The notes under the pieces are model-generated. The model saw only the letters and a program-made list of their open reading frames with translations. It was not told where the DNA came from and made no database searches. 64,000 bases of DNA from Cyanobacteria bacterium P01_D01_bin.156 (GTDB lineage: Bacteria > Cyanobacteriota > Cyanobacteriia > Phormidesmidales > Phormidesmidaceae), in NCBI GenBank assembly GCA_039024555.1, contig JBCCQQ010000031.1:1-64000 (forward strand), read 5' to 3'. Below are positions 30,131 to 41,712 of the stretch, one piece after another (within the stretch, counting starts at the first letter, position 1; the number at the start of each line of letters is the position of its first letter). The position numbers and the translations under genes are program-made.

Positions 30131-30611
30131 TTTTGTTATACGTTTTCTTAAGAGATTGCTTTTCTAAATATTGCTGGTGTTCTTCACTGGCTAGCCAATA
30201 GGTGGATGCTGCAACAACCTCAGTAACAATCGGTTTATTATATTGACTGGCTATCAATTGTTTGGCCTGATGAGCTAACTGTTGTTGTTGTTCGGTGTGA
30301 TAAAAAATAACTGAGCGATATTGTTCCCCGCGGTCGGCCCCTTGACGATTTAAACTGGTGGGGTCGTGAATACGCCAAAACGTATCTAAAAGGTTTTCGT
30401 AGGTAATAATTGTTGAATCATATTTAATCTGGGCTACTTCGGCATGGCCGGTGATCCGGGAGAGCACATCCAGGTAACAGGGATTTTCAAAATGCCCTCC
30501 CATATAGCCGACCGATGTATGGGTCACCCCCGGTAGCTGACGAAACGCTTGTTCAGTTCCCCAAAAGCATCCTGCGCCAAAGGTGGCTAGTTGATCTGAG
30601 GTGGCCATCAC
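30126..30611 (-). CDS. msrA: Peptide-methionine (S)-S-oxide reductase
   Basis: ATFGAGCFWG, TGHAEV, HDPT, QYRSVIF, EEHQQYL. Confidence 0.95.
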   Translation of the reverse strand: MMATSDQLATFGAGCFWGTEQAFRQLPGVTHTSVGYMGGHFENPCYLDVLSRITGHAEVAQIKYDSTIITYENLLDTFWRIHDPTSLNRQGADRGEQYRSVIFYHTEQQQQLAHQAKQLIASQYNKPIVTEVVAASTYWLASEEHQQYLEKQSLKKTYNKK

Positions 30612-30665
30612 TATCTCCTGTGGGTTACTGTTCGATTTACCAAGGCGGTAGGGGTTAGTCCCTAC

Positions 30666-31454
30666 CTAAAGCTGACGTTCTAACTGAAGCATGCGGCGGT
30701 AAGATAGCCATCCAGTGATTACCATCGCGATCGCAAACCCTATCAGAAAGACCACATGATCGTCGGCAGCTTCACCCGCCATGGTGAGTGTAAGCGCTTC
30801 GGTCATATGAAAAATTGGATTAAATCGGGCCAATCGCAGCAGGCTATCCGGAAAAATGGATGTGGGCATAAAGGCTCCACCCAAAATCAGTAGGGGCACG
30901 CCAAAGGCCGCTACCAGAGCATTGACATCTTCAGTACGGCGGGCAAATTGGGTACCTAAGATAAAACCCACTCCCACATAGGCCAAAATACTCAACAAAA
31001 TAATTAGTACTGCCAAGGGCCAAGAGCCAGGAAAGGTAGCCCCTAAACTCAGGGCGATGGCAAACACCAGCAGCCCCTGACCAACACCAATGGCACTGTG
31101 GGCAACAACAATGCCTAAAAAATAAGACACTCCCCGCAGCGGTGATAGAAATAGCCGCTTTAGAGTATGTTGTTCACGCTCTGCTACAACAGTGGCCACG
31201 CTGCCCCCCAAACAGCTAAAGAATAAGGCTGCCCCCACCAATGTGGGAGGAGCGACCACTTCTAGGGACTCTGCTAGCTCTAATTGAGCACGTTCCGCCG
31301 TAATTGTGCCATTCAGAAATAACAATAATGTGGGAAAAATCGCCCAAAAAATTAGGCTCCGCCGCCGCCGCCCTAGCTCTATCAAAATACGCTGGGCCAC
31401 AGCCATGATTTCCTGACCATAGTTGCTTTTTTGGTGGCTCTTTAAATCGGTCAT
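30666..31454 (-). CDS. ABC-2 type transporter permease
   Basis: Six TM segments, EREQHTLKRLFLSP, LGGAFMP..FP..NPIFH. Confidence 0.88.
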   Translation of the reverse strand: MTDLKSHQKSNYGQEIMAVAQRILIELGRRRRSLIFWAIFPTLLLFLNGTITAERAQLELAESLEVVAPPTLVGAALFFSCLGGSVATVVAEREQHTLKRLFLSPLRGVSYFLGIVVAHSAIGVGQGLLVFAIALSLGATFPGSWPLAVLIILLSILAYVGVGFILGTQFARRTEDVNALVAAFGVPLLILGGAFMPTSIFPDSLLRLARFNPIFHMTEALTLTMAGEAADDHVVFLIGFAIAMVITGWLSYRRMLQLERQL

Positions 31455-31814
31455 GGATAGTTTAAATCAGTCCCCATGGTTTAAGATTTGTACCAAATTT
31501 GGTCTATAGCAAACTCAGCTATTTTTTTCTCAACATACAATTTCTCTGCCGTTTTTAGAACAGTCGATCCAAACACCGCTCTGATAAAAAACGTTCTATA
31601 GAACAAATTTAATTTAAGACCTGGCCTGTTTCTAGGCTGCTAACCTTGCAAGGTGCTTGAGTACACATTGCTTTGATTTAGGTTATTTCTGCATATATTC
31701 CTAGACGAGCTAATAATCCATTTAGGTCAATGTATCCGTATATGATTTGGGGTTACTAGCCTCCGGCCCATCGTTACTGAGTTAAGCGTTCACCGATTAT
31801 TTTCCATTTCCTTA

Positions 31815-33773
31815 ATGAATCCATTTCCCGAAACCTGGCAAACGTCCGACATTTCAAGACGGAGTGCGCTGAAAATATTAGGAGTCGGAGCCGTAGGCGG
31901 CACCCTAGGCTACACCCGCTTTGCTAAACCCAAACCCACACTCCACCAAGTGGATCAGCTAGAGCTGCCCAAAACCGTGGATCATGACACTACGGTGGTG
32001 GTCGTAGGTGGTGGTCTGGCCGGACTCGCCACCGCCTATGAACTGAGCAAACGGGGAGTGGCGGTTACCCTGGTGGAGCGTGCACCCCAACTGGGAGGGA
32101 AAATTGCCAGCTGGCCGATTCAGGTAGGGGACCATGAATTACGAATGGAACATGGATTCCATGGTTTTTTCCCTCAGTATTACAACCTGTTTAGCCTAGT
32201 GGATGAACTCAAGGCTCAGGATAATTTTCAGTCCCTCAATTTCTACGCCGTTCTCTACAAAAATGGGTACAGACCCGAAGCGTTTTATCCCAGCAATGCG
32301 GCATTTCCCTGGAATATTGTAGATTTGGCGATCTCCTCGGATAACCGGCTAACCTGGGGCATTAATCTAACCAATCTAAAGCATCTGGAAGTGTTTCGGG
32401 AAATTACCAGTTTCCGTATGCCCCAAACCTACGAGCGGTTAGATCATCTCTCGGTGGATGAGTGGGGGCAAGGGCAGTTTCCCAAAGGGCTTTACGATCT
32501 TTATTTTTTACCCTTTGCAAAGTCCAGTTTGAATGCCCCCGACATGCTCAGCGCTGGAGAACTGATGCAGTTTTTCCATTTTTACTTTTTTGGTAACCCA
32601 GAAGGTTTGGCCTTTAATGGCACCTGTGAAGATATGGGGCGCTGTCTCGTAGACCCACTAACCCAGGCTATTGAGGCGAACGGAGGGCGTATTCTAACTG
32701 GAGTGACCGTAAGCCAGGTAAATTGGGACGATGGCAAAATTGCTAGCGTGAACTATCAGAAGGGAAATCTTGCCGTTAGTCCGGTCCCGTTTTGGTGCGA
32801 TCGCAACCCTCTCCTAAGCACCGATACCACCGACTACTATGGTGCTGGCGACCGACTGTATGTGGTCAATAAAAACAGTGACCGAGCCATCTCTTTAACC
32901 TGTACCCACCAGGGCTGTAGCGTTAACAAAGAAGTCTCTGCCAATGGGGGTGGTTTTGTCTGTCCCTGTCACGGTGCAGCCTACGATGCTAAAGGTACCG
33001 TAATAAGCGGTCCCGCCCAGGACAATCTGGCTCAGTTTAAAGTGCTTCAACGGGAAGACAATCGGGTTCAGCTGATTGCGGCTAACCCCATTTCCAAACC
33101 AGAAGGTGTAGCCGACACTCTGACAGCAGACTATTATGTTTTCGCTGCTGATATTCCCGGCATCAAAAACCTATTTTCTCTCTCCCAGGGTGAGGCTAAT
33201 CCAACTGTGCTAGCCCAGGTCAATGAACTCCAAGTAGCGGATCCCTTCGCCGTTGGCCGCTTTTGGCTAGATCGTGATTTTGAGTGGGAACAAAGCTGGT
33301 TTACATCTCTTTCGGGCTACGATCTCACCGATAGTATTACCCTCTATCACAAGGTGCAGGGAGACTATGCCCAGTGGGCTAAAGATACCGGTGGCAGCGT
33401 TGTAGAGCTCCATGCCTACTGTTATAAAGAGAAACAGTTTCCCACCCAGCAGGCGTTGTTAGATACATTCAAAAAAGAACTTTGGGAGATTGTGCCAGAA
33501 CTAGACGGGGCGGCTATCCTACATCAAGAATTAGTCAATCAAAAGAACTTTGCTGGGTTTCCTCCCGGCAGCTATCCAAATCGTCCTACAAGCGCCACTG
33601 CCGTGGGCAACCTAATGTTTGCCGGCGATTGGGTAAAAATGCCGTTTCCCTGTGGTTTGATGGAACGGGCCATCAGTAGTGGGTTACTAGCGGCCAATGA
33701 GATATTACATAAAGAAGGTAGCGCGCGCCGTCCGCTGATGTCCGTTAATCCCGAGGGTGTCTTTAAGGTTTAG
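31815..33773 (+). CDS. cruE: Carotenoid beta-ring desaturase/methyltransferase with Rieske insert (CruE/CrtU family)
   Basis: Tat-like SRRSALK, GGGLAGL FAD motif, EHGFHGFFPQYYN, Rieske CTHQGC..CPCHG, FAGDWV..MERA. Confidence 0.75.
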   Translation: MNPFPETWQTSDISRRSALKILGVGAVGGTLGYTRFAKPKPTLHQVDQLELPKTVDHDTTVVVVGGGLAGLATAYELSKRGVAVTLVERAPQLGGKIASWPIQVGDHELRMEHGFHGFFPQYYNLFSLVDELKAQDNFQSLNFYAVLYKNGYRPEAFYPSNAAFPWNIVDLAISSDNRLTWGINLTNLKHLEVFREITSFRMPQTYERLDHLSVDEWGQGQFPKGLYDLYFLPFAKSSLNAPDMLSAGELMQFFHFYFFGNPEGLAFNGTCEDMGRCLVDPLTQAIEANGGRILTGVTVSQVNWDDGKIASVNYQKGNLAVSPVPFWCDRNPLLSTDTTDYYGAGDRLYVVNKNSDRAISLTCTHQGCSVNKEVSANGGGFVCPCHGAAYDAKGTVISGPAQDNLAQFKVLQREDNRVQLIAANPISKPEGVADTLTADYYVFAADIPGIKNLFSLSQGEANPTVLAQVNELQVADPFAVGRFWLDRDFEWEQSWFTSLSGYDLTDSITLYHKVQGDYAQWAKDTGGSVVELHAYCYKEKQFPTQQALLDTFKKELWEIVPELDGAAILHQELVNQKNFAGFPPGSYPNRPTSATAVGNLMFAGDWVKMPFPCGLMERAISSGLLAANEILHKEGSARRPLMSVNPEGVFKV

Positions 33774-35082
33774 GAGTGGAAACGTTATACCTTGATTGTA
33801 AGGCAGGAATTTGAATGGTAAATTCTGTTCCTGCATTAGGCTTTGAGAAGCAATTCAACTTACCACAATGTTGCTCAGTGATAATCTGATAGCTAATGGG
33901 CATTCCCATTCCCGTTCCACTGCCAACAGATTTGGTTGTAAAGAAAGGTTCAAAAATACGAGCTTGAACCGATTCAGACATACCTATCCCGTTGTCTGAG
34001 ATTGAAATCTTTATCCATTTTGAATCGAACATTGATGTCCGAATCGTAATCTGATTAGGATTTTCATCAATCTCTTGAAATGTTTTATGGGCACTTGCTT
34101 CTTCCAAGGCATCAATAGCATTGGCCAAAATATTCATAAACGCTTGATTCAGTTGCCCTGGATAGCATTCCACTGGAGATAGGTTGTCGTAATCACGAAT
34201 AACTTGAATCGCTGGACGTTCTGGCTTCGCCTTTAGACGCAGTTGTAAAATCATCAGCGTACTGTCAATCCCTTCGTGAATATCAACAGCTTTGAAATCC
34301 GCTTCATCTATGCGTGAGAAGTTGCGAAGTGACAACACAATTTGGCGAATTCGTTCAGTCCCTATTTTCATAGAATCTAGAATGTTAGGGAGATCGGTTT
34401 TAGCAAACTCTGTATCTAGCTCCTCTGCTATATCCTCAATTTCGTGCCTTGTCTCTGGGTATAGCTTCTGATATGAACTCACCAAGGCGAGTAAATTGTG
34501 AATATATATTTTTACGTAATGCAGGTTGCCATGGATAAAGTTAATAGGATTATTAAGCTCATGGGCCACCCCTGCAACCAATTGCCCTAAAGCAGACATT
34601 TTTTCCTGTTGTACCAGTTGCAGCTTAGAGTGTTCTAATTGTTTCAGTGCGTGTTGCAGTTTAGAGGTGCGCTCAGCGACCTTGTCTTCCAAATGTTGGG
34701 TCAATGCTTGGAGATTAAGATGTGTCTTTACCCGTGCAAGTAGCTCCGCCTCACGAAAGGGTTTGGTGATATAGTCCACTGCGCCCAGCGAGAACCCTTT
34801 GATGACAAAATCTGTATCGGTCATCGCTGACAAGAAAATAATAGGAATATTGGCTAGTTCTGGATTCTCCTTAATTTGACGACAGGTTTCAAATCCATCA
34901 ATTCCTGGCATTTGTACATCTAATAAAATCAGCTTTGGGGCATATTTTTGCAAGCGATTTAAAGCTCGCTCACCGCTGATTGCCGTAGCCACTGTGTAAC
35001 CTTGGGCTGTTAACGTATCTGTGACAACCTCTAAGTTGGCAGGCCTATCATCAACAACTAAAATGTCTGTCCCACTTAGCAT
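33763..35082 (-). CDS. Receiver-histidine kinase hybrid
   Basis: ILVVDDRP, LLDVQMPGIDG, H-box VAHELNNP, ILANAIDA, GTGMGM. Confidence 0.92.
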   Translation of the reverse strand: MLSGTDILVVDDRPANLEVVTDTLTAQGYTVATAISGERALNRLQKYAPKLILLDVQMPGIDGFETCRQIKENPELANIPIIFLSAMTDTDFVIKGFSLGAVDYITKPFREAELLARVKTHLNLQALTQHLEDKVAERTSKLQHALKQLEHSKLQLVQQEKMSALGQLVAGVAHELNNPINFIHGNLHYVKIYIHNLLALVSSYQKLYPETRHEIEDIAEELDTEFAKTDLPNILDSMKIGTERIRQIVLSLRNFSRIDEADFKAVDIHEGIDSTLMILQLRLKAKPERPAIQVIRDYDNLSPVECYPGQLNQAFMNILANAIDALEEASAHKTFQEIDENPNQITIRTSMFDSKWIKISISDNGIGMSESVQARIFEPFFTTKSVGSGTGMGMPISYQIITEQHCGKLNCFSKPNAGTEFTIQIPALQSRYNVSTPKP

Positions 35083-35319
35083 TTCTTTTTCCCTAAATAT
35101 GCTGTAACTTGCCCTACATTTAGCTCTCGGGTTTGCTCTGTAAAAAACTCAAGAGTCAAGCCTAAATAAGGATTAGAGGTCCTAATATTGTCTGCTCTTG
35201 GTGATAAACATCCTTACCCTCAAAGGGATAGACATTAGAAATTACAGTGCAAATTTCCTGAAAAATAAATAGTGATTATGGGTTGCCACTGGAATGAACA
35301 CTCTGCTATTTGTTAAACA

Positions 35320-37221
35320 TCAGTCGACCGGAACCAGATCGTTCTCTAAATACTGTTCTAGTAACTTTTCAATCTCTTCAGTCATAAATTGACTAGCCAA
35401 CTGCAGGACAGTATCGACAAACGGACGATACGCCAGATCTTCATCGACTAATGTATTAAGCTTCTGACGCAGTGACTTTAAGTCTCCAGTTTCAGCAGTC
35501 TTCAGCAGAGCTGCGAGGGTTGTACTCGGTGGTAATATCAGCTCGGTGAGAACAGTTGCTGAGTCGCTAGCAGATGCGGTTGGAGCTTCATGAACCCAGG
35601 TGAGTTGTAGCTGTTGGGAAATCATATGGAATAGGGAGGGTGCATCCACAGGTTTTGCTAAAAAGTCATCCCCACCTACATCTAGGGCCATTTGTCGATC
35701 GGTTTGAGATACCGATGCCGACGAAACAATTACTTTAGTGTGTTTGAGACCTTCACGATTACGAACCTGCTCTAGAAACTGAAATCCGTCCATCACAGGC
35801 ATCGTCAGATCCGTAATTACCAGATCGGGTTGTTGGGTCTGGAGCAGCTCTAGACCTGCTTGACCATGCTCAGCTTCAAGAATCTCAAAACCTAAGGGTT
35901 CTAGCAAATTCTGAACCACGGACCGGTTTTCCCAGCGATCATCGATTACCAATATTTGACAACGTTGGCCGTCATAGCCAATGATGCGATCTCCTCCATC
36001 GATCAGTGTTTGTGAGCTAACCCAGTTTTTCGACAGCGGCAAATCGACAATAAAGGAAAATTCGCTGCCTGTTTGAAATTGACTCTTAATCTGGATTTCA
36101 CTCTCCATCAGGTTGACAATGCGCTGACTAATCGCGAGCCCTAGTCCGGTTCCTTCTGACTGTTTTTTCTCGTCCCCGACTTGTTCAAACGCGTCAAACA
36201 ACTTGGAAAGATTTTCTTCAGCAATACCGATACCAGTGTCGATGATCTCAAACAAAATCGAAGCGTGTGTTTCCGAAAGCGATAGCACATCGACCCGCAA
36301 CGTAACCGAACCCTGCTCGGTAAACTTAATCGCATTACCGAGCAGATTAATTAGCACCTGCCGCAGTCGTTTCTCATCAGCCTTAATGCCCTCAGGTAAG
36401 CGGGGGTTGGGCTGATAGATAAAGTCGACCCCCTTCTGTTCTGCTTTGATACGGCACATTTCCACCACACTTTGGAGCAGCGCGGGCAAATGTAATGCCG
36501 TTGGAGATAATTCCAATTTTCGAGCTTCAATTTTAGAGAGGTCTAATACATCATTAATGAGGGTCAACAAGTGAGCTCCACATTGATGAATAATATTGAC
36601 CCCCTCACGTTCTCTTCCCTGCAACGTTTGGGACCGACTTAGAATTTGAGCGTAGCCGAGAATACCATTTAGGGGTGTACGTAGCTCATGGCTCATATTG
36701 GCAAGAAATTCGCTTTTAGCCTGATTGGCACTATCAGCAGCTTCTTTCGCTTGATAAAGTTCAGACGTACGCTGAACTACTCGCTGTTCCAATTCTTCAT
36801 TGAGGTTTTTCAAGGATAGCTCAGCTTGTTTGCGACTCGTAATATCCTCATAGGAGCCAAAAACACCGATGATCTCTCCTGTTTGACTTCGGAGTGGAAT
36901 CTTACTGGTTTGGAGCCATAATGTTGTGCCATCTTCGAGTACTTGAGGCTCTTCATAATTGATACGGGCAATCCCTTCATCAATGACGGCTCTATCATCT
37001 GTGCGATATGCCTCTGCTGTAAATTTTTCCCAAGCCAATTCAAAGTCACTTTTGCCGACAATTTCTTCTGGAGACATCAATCCAGCATCATTTGCAAATA
37101 GCTTATTACAGCCTAAGTAGTTAAGGTTTCGATCCTTCCAAAACACCCGTTGTGGCAAGGTATCCATAACAAGTTGCAGTAGTTGTTTTTGGAAGTCCTC
37201 ATTTTCAGAGAGTAATGTCAT
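35320..37221 (-). CDS. PAS-histidine kinase-receiver hybrid
   Basis: PAS (LPQRVFWKD), [26 protein letters not shown] ([14 protein letters not shown]). Confidence 0.93.
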   Translation of the reverse strand: MTLLSENEDFQKQLLQLVMDTLPQRVFWKDRNLNYLGCNKLFANDAGLMSPEEIVGKSDFELAWEKFTAEAYRTDDRAVIDEGIARINYEEPQVLEDGTTLWLQTSKIPLRSQTGEIIGVFGSYEDITSRKQAELSLKNLNEELEQRVVQRTSELYQAKEAADSANQAKSEFLANMSHELRTPLNGILGYAQILSRSQTLQGREREGVNIIHQCGAHLLTLINDVLDLSKIEARKLELSPTALHLPALLQSVVEMCRIKAEQKGVDFIYQPNPRLPEGIKADEKRLRQVLINLLGNAIKFTEQGSVTLRVDVLSLSETHASILFEIIDTGIGIAEENLSKLFDAFEQVGDEKKQSEGTGLGLAISQRIVNLMESEIQIKSQFQTGSEFSFIVDLPLSKNWVSSQTLIDGGDRIIGYDGQRCQILVIDDRWENRSVVQNLLEPLGFEILEAEHGQAGLELLQTQQPDLVITDLTMPVMDGFQFLEQVRNREGLKHTKVIVSSASVSQTDRQMALDVGGDDFLAKPVDAPSLFHMISQQLQLTWVHEAPTASASDSATVLTELILPPSTTLAALLKTAETGDLKSLRQKLNTLVDEDLAYRPFVDTVLQLASQFMTEEIEKLLEQYLENDLVPVD

Positions 37222-37395
37222 CGTTCGTATCTTAAGCTGCGTATAGGTTTTACAGATATAGATGCAACATTCAAATTAAACAGACAGCTCAAACCTAAGC
37301 ACTCTAACGGTGGCAAAAGTTCTATCTGCTTATCTAAGTTTTGCCCAAACTAACAGCCTAAGTATCAACTGATTAGGGGGTACACGCGTATCTCT

Positions 37396-40300
37396 TTAAT
37401 TTTTTTCCATGGATGCTGCATAGCTGTCCAGGGCTAATTTAAAGCGAACATACTCATGTTCTAAATTTTCAGTGAGATGAACTGCCTGCTCAAAATTACC
37501 GGCTCTACTAAGCGCTTCAGCTTGCTTGCTTAAATCCGCTAAGATAGCGGCCCCCAATGCTGCACTACTGGACTTTAGGGTATGAACCGCCATCGTAAAA
37601 CTGTTGATATCTTGGGACTCGCGGGCAGCCTGTATTTTTTTTAACAATTTAGATGCTTCACAAAGGTACACGTCTGCAAAGTTTTTCAACCCCTCCACAT
37701 CTTTCAGTCCCATCATATTCAAGGATTCTTTTAATGCTTTAGCGTCTAATGGCTGGGCAAATGTCTCCTCCACATCATTTTGGGAATGTTCCTCAGTTGC
37801 ATTAACAGGTTGCACACTCTCAGGAACGTTTTCAGCTACATCCGCCGGTTTACTTGTAATATCCTTAGGCTCATTACTCAAGACGATGTCATCGTCTAGG
37901 GTGGTACTCTGAGCCTCGGATGCCTTGGCCTGGAGTGGCGTAGCTAGCTGTTGGTTTAATAAAACCCCTGCCTGTTTTCTGATGTCATAACATTCCCTTA
38001 AAGCCGTAGTGAGTTTATCCACTTTAATCGGTTTACTCACGTAGGTATCCATACCAGCCGCAAGGCACCGCTCCCTATCGCCTTGGATAGCATTGGCCGT
38101 AACCGCGATAATATAAGGCTTTGAATCTGCTGACCACTCGACACAGATATGTTGGGACGCAGTCATACCATCCATTTCAGGCATTTGCACATCCATTAAA
38201 ATTACGTCATAGGACTGACGTTTAAGAGCTTCGATGGCCTCCAAACCGTTAGCCACCATATCGGCTCGATATCCCATTTTCTCCAATAGTCTGAGGGCTA
38301 ACTGTTGGTTAACGGCATTATCTTCAGCCAGCAGTATTTTCAGCGGATATTGTTGACCTAGGTTTTTGGGAATATGGTTATCCTGAATAGTCTTTGTCGG
38401 TTTAACGCTAATCCGCTGCCCCGAGAGAATTCGAGATAAATTTTTATACAGGTCAGCTTGTTTAGTGGGTTTAAGTAAGCAGCAGGCAAAATTTGCCTGG
38501 GCCATACGTTCAGGTTCCCGAGGTTTATCCATAGATGTCAGCATTACCAAGGGCAGCGTTTGGCACCTAGGCATCTCACGCATTTTAATGGCAAGGGTTA
38601 AACCATCCATCCCAGGCATTTGCATATCGAGGATGGCCAAATCAAAACTGCCCTCACGGCGTAATAAATTGAGTGCTTTCTCCCCTGAATCTGCCGTGCG
38701 AAACCGCATGCCCCATTGCTTAGCCTGTTGGGCCAGAATATTGCGATTGGTTTCATTGTCATCAACAATTAGGAGTCGTTTACCCTTGAGTTTTGGAGAG
38801 TGTTGTTCTAATGATTGGTGGAATTCACTAGCTGCAATTTGTGCCTGAATCGTAAAGTAAAATGTAGAGCCTTTTCCTTCTTCACTTTCGACCCAGAGTT
38901 TGCCCCCCATCAGCTCACTTAACCGTTTGCAGATCGCTAATCCCAGACCGGTACCACCATGTTTACGACTGGTGGATGAATCTACCTGACTAAAGGCCTT
39001 AAACAGACGGTGCATTTTATCGGTTGGAATACCAATGCCAGTATCTCGAACCGCAAACTGAATTTCGTAGTCGGGCAGGGGCGTAGCTGAGCTGTCATAG
39101 GGTTCAGTCAGGGTGCGATTCGCGTCTACCGAAACAACAACCTCACCTGTAGAGGTAAACTTAATGGCATTGCCCAGCAGATTAACGAGAATCTGTCGTA
39201 GACGAGTAACGTCACCCAGAATGTTATGGGGAGCCAGCGGATCAATTTGGTAGGCTAACTCTAATCCCTTCTCGCGAGCCTTAGCTGCCATCAATTCTAA
39301 ACACTCTTCAACACAGCCCCGCAGTTCGAAGGGATGATACTCTACCTCAAGCTTGCCAGACTCAATTTTAGAGAAGTCTAAAATGTCGTTGATAATGGTT
39401 AATAGAGAATCGCCACCATTGCGGATAATGGTGGCAAAATTCCGCTGTTCTTCTGTTAAGGGGGTATCGAGCAGTAGGCCCGTCATACCAATGATGGCAT
39501 TCATCGGTGTGCGAATTTCATGACTCATCGTCGCGAGAAAATCACTTTTGGCGCGACTAGCAGCCAAGGCTTCATCTCGAGTGTTGGACAGCTCTGTTGC
39601 CGCTCGCTGTCGCTCGATTTCTCCCCCCAGCCATTGGGCCATCAATTTTAAGAGTTCTTGATCAAGGGTGCCAAAGGAGCCGTCGCGAGGAGTCAGGCTG
39701 GAAAAGCTAAGGGTGCCATAGATTTGGCCGTTAACCTTAATTTGGGTGCCAATATAAGTTTCTGTACAAAAGGCTCGATGGGCCTCATGGTTGGCCCAAT
39801 CGGAATCAGTTACCGCTGGTATGCAAAGAGGCTTGTCTGAAGCTAGCAGCTCATGGCAAAAAGTTTGGCTTATTTGTAGGATGGTACCGGTTGCGATCGC
39901 ACCATTGGACAAATGTCTAGCGATAACCACGTAGCGCTCATTATCAATACGCGCCAGGGTACCCGTTTCTAACCCAAACTTCTTTTTCCCGAGCGCTAAA
40001 ATCTGATGCAACGCCTGGTCAAAGTTCATCTGAGAACCTGCCGTTATCGTATGCAGTTCTCGAATAGTAGCCTCACTTTCCTTGAGAGCAGCCCGCTGCT
40101 TTTTGAGCTTAGCTGTCAGCTTTTTTGAATCCGCCAGGGCTGCATTTTGTGCTTGCATCAAAAACAAGTAGTCTCCCAATGGATCGTGAATCGCAAAATC
40201 ATCAATACTCAGCCCCAGGTCTTTCACCTGGTTTAGCTCAGTAATCCAAGGAGATCCTAAAAACATCAGCCGCTTAGGATTGCCGTTAAGAACAATCATC

Positions 40301-40587
40301 TGTCCTCGCATTTGCACATGCCCAGAACAGGACTTGAGCAAAAATAAAGATTGAAGATGCTGTTCAATTTGAGCAATATCAATATCTATTTTGGGTCGGC
40401 TGATGGTGAAATACCGATCTAGGGGTACACCCACTACCAAGTCAGGATAGATTCGCTGCAACGTCTCACCGATTTGCAACAATTCTTTTGTCTGAGAGAA
40501 TACAAAGTGAAACGGAAATACCTGAGCGAGTTGCTCAGGAGAAAGCCCATGCCTTGGAACAATCATACCTACCTGTTGAAGGGTCAT
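37396..40587 (-). CDS. H-NOBA-GAF-histidine kinase-REC-REC-Hpt hybrid kinase
   Basis: H-NOBA signature [45 protein letters not shown], two receiver domains, Hpt [10 protein letters not shown]; start ATG 40587 (TTG at 40605 is possible). Confidence 0.92.
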   Translation of the reverse strand: MTLQQVGMIVPRHGLSPEQLAQVFPFHFVFSQTKELLQIGETLQRIYPDLVVGVPLDRYFTISRPKIDIDIAQIEQHLQSLFLLKSCSGHVQMRGQMIVLNGNPKRLMFLGSPWITELNQVKDLGLSIDDFAIHDPLGDYLFLMQAQNAALADSKKLTAKLKKQRAALKESEATIRELHTITAGSQMNFDQALHQILALGKKKFGLETGTLARIDNERYVVIARHLSNGAIATGTILQISQTFCHELLASDKPLCIPAVTDSDWANHEAHRAFCTETYIGTQIKVNGQIYGTLSFSSLTPRDGSFGTLDQELLKLMAQWLGGEIERQRAATELSNTRDEALAASRAKSDFLATMSHEIRTPMNAIIGMTGLLLDTPLTEEQRNFATIIRNGGDSLLTIINDILDFSKIESGKLEVEYHPFELRGCVEECLELMAAKAREKGLELAYQIDPLAPHNILGDVTRLRQILVNLLGNAIKFTSTGEVVVSVDANRTLTEPYDSSATPLPDYEIQFAVRDTGIGIPTDKMHRLFKAFSQVDSSTSRKHGGTGLGLAICKRLSELMGGKLWVESEEGKGSTFYFTIQAQIAASEFHQSLEQHSPKLKGKRLLIVDDNETNRNILAQQAKQWGMRFRTADSGEKALNLLRREGSFDLAILDMQMPGMDGLTLAIKMREMPRCQTLPLVMLTSMDKPREPERMAQANFACCLLKPTKQADLYKNLSRILSGQRISVKPTKTIQDNHIPKNLGQQYPLKILLAEDNAVNQQLALRLLEKMGYRADMVANGLEAIEALKRQSYDVILMDVQMPEMDGMTASQHICVEWSADSKPYIIAVTANAIQGDRERCLAAGMDTYVSKPIKVDKLTTALRECYDIRKQAGVLLNQQLATPLQAKASEAQSTTLDDDIVLSNEPKDITSKPADVAENVPESVQPVNATEEHSQNDVEETFAQPLDAKALKESLNMMGLKDVEGLKNFADVYLCEASKLLKKIQAARESQDINSFTMAVHTLKSSSAALGAAILADLSKQAEALSRAGNFEQAVHLTENLEHEYVRFKLALDSYAASMEKN

Positions 40588-40719
40588 ATTCACTCTGTGT
40601 AACAAGTTTCTACGCTCAGAACTGTAGGCCTCTTTAAGGAAAAGCCCACAGTTCTATCAAAAACATCCTGACATCCTAAGATGTTGTTTTTTGAGATGTA
40701 GCATTTTGAGTAATTCTTC

Positions 40720-40767
40720 CGGAAGCCGTTTCCTTCGGAAGCCGTTTCCTTCGGAAGCCGTTTCCTT
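40720..40767. repeat. Tandem repeat, 3 x 16 bp
   Basis: cggaagccgtttcctt at 40720, 40736 and 40752. Confidence 0.95.
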
Positions 40768-40820
40768 AAATGAAGACCTGTTTCCAATTCAATTATGTTA
40801 GTCCCATAGACTAGGACACA

Positions 40821-41372
40821 TTATTCCTTATACTCAATTGAAAAACTATCGTGGTCTGCCCCGTCTTCCCGTTGCTGTATGCGCTCAACAGTAACAGGAG
40901 TATTAAAGCGTTCGCCTAAGCCCTCAACCAAACCTACAACCATAGGGCCTAACCCTTCTCGTGTGGAATGATAATGTAGCTCCATCTTCTCCTGATTCTC
41001 TTCTTCACATTCGAATTCAGGGGGTTGTAGCTGAGGGAAGCTAAGACCGACTCGGGCATGAAGATTATCCAAGTTTCTTAGAAATTCCGGAAGATTTTCT
41101 CCCGCATTGTCCAACATATCCCCATAGCCTTCTGAGGCCGTGTAAGTCACCCAAAATTTACCAAAGGTTTTCAAAATATCCTGAGATGACATATCGAGAA
41201 CTTCACAAGCAGCCTTTACCAACCGGTGGGTAACATCATCGGGATAGCTTTCCATACTCATAAAATAATCAATATCATCTAATTCAGCCTTTTCCTTGAT
41301 AGCCTCCCAAGTATCCTCGTCAAAATGAGAACACACCATGTCCTCAATGGCTTTGTTGATTAGGCCGTACAT
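40821..41372 (-). CDS. H-NOX (heme NO-binding) protein
   Basis: [17 protein letters not shown] (proximal His), [13 protein letters not shown] (YxSxR). Confidence 0.96.
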   Translation of the reverse strand: MYGLINKAIEDMVCSHFDEDTWEAIKEKAELDDIDYFMSMESYPDDVTHRLVKAACEVLDMSSQDILKTFGKFWVTYTASEGYGDMLDNAGENLPEFLRNLDNLHARVGLSFPQLQPPEFECEEENQEKMELHYHSTREGLGPMVVGLVEGLGERFNTPVTVERIQQREDGADHDSFSIEYKE

Positions 41373-41496
41373 AGCAATCTTTCCTCAATAAAAGACAGGT
41401 GTTGTTGATTCTTCAAATGACTTGCTTTGAGGCATCCTGATACATGGCATGACAACCAGAGCGCTGCATTCTCTAAATCACCAGCAACAAAAGGTA

Positions 41497-41587
41497 AATG
41501 TTGCTGCTCCTCGGAGTGAATGTATCTGAGAAATACTGACGCATTGTATTATGCCCAAATTGGTCTATTTCTCAAATCAGCAACGAT
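41497..41587. mobile_element. 91-bp MITE-like element, degenerate copy
   Basis: aatgttgctgctcctcggagtga...tcaaatcagcaacgat; same length as the other copies; flanks aaaaggta / aaaaggca. Confidence 0.65.
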
Positions 41588-41712
41588 AAAAGGCAATTCT
41601 GAATTGAGCTTATGCTAGGTTATCGGAGGCCTATAAGGGAGAAGATACACAACCCGAATGTTCTAATTTGAGCTCAGGTTTAGTGAGATACACTTAATGA
41701 AGAAAGCCCATT

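Noticed and set aside
30666..31454. ABC-2 permease as the exporter or immunity factor for the GG peptide
   Set aside because: It lacks peptidase and ATPase domains and is separated by msrA; proximity alone is insufficient.
40720..40767. Possible CRISPR array or coding ORF (40590-40787)
   Set aside because: The repeats are contiguous without spacers, and the ORF is a featureless product of the repeat region.
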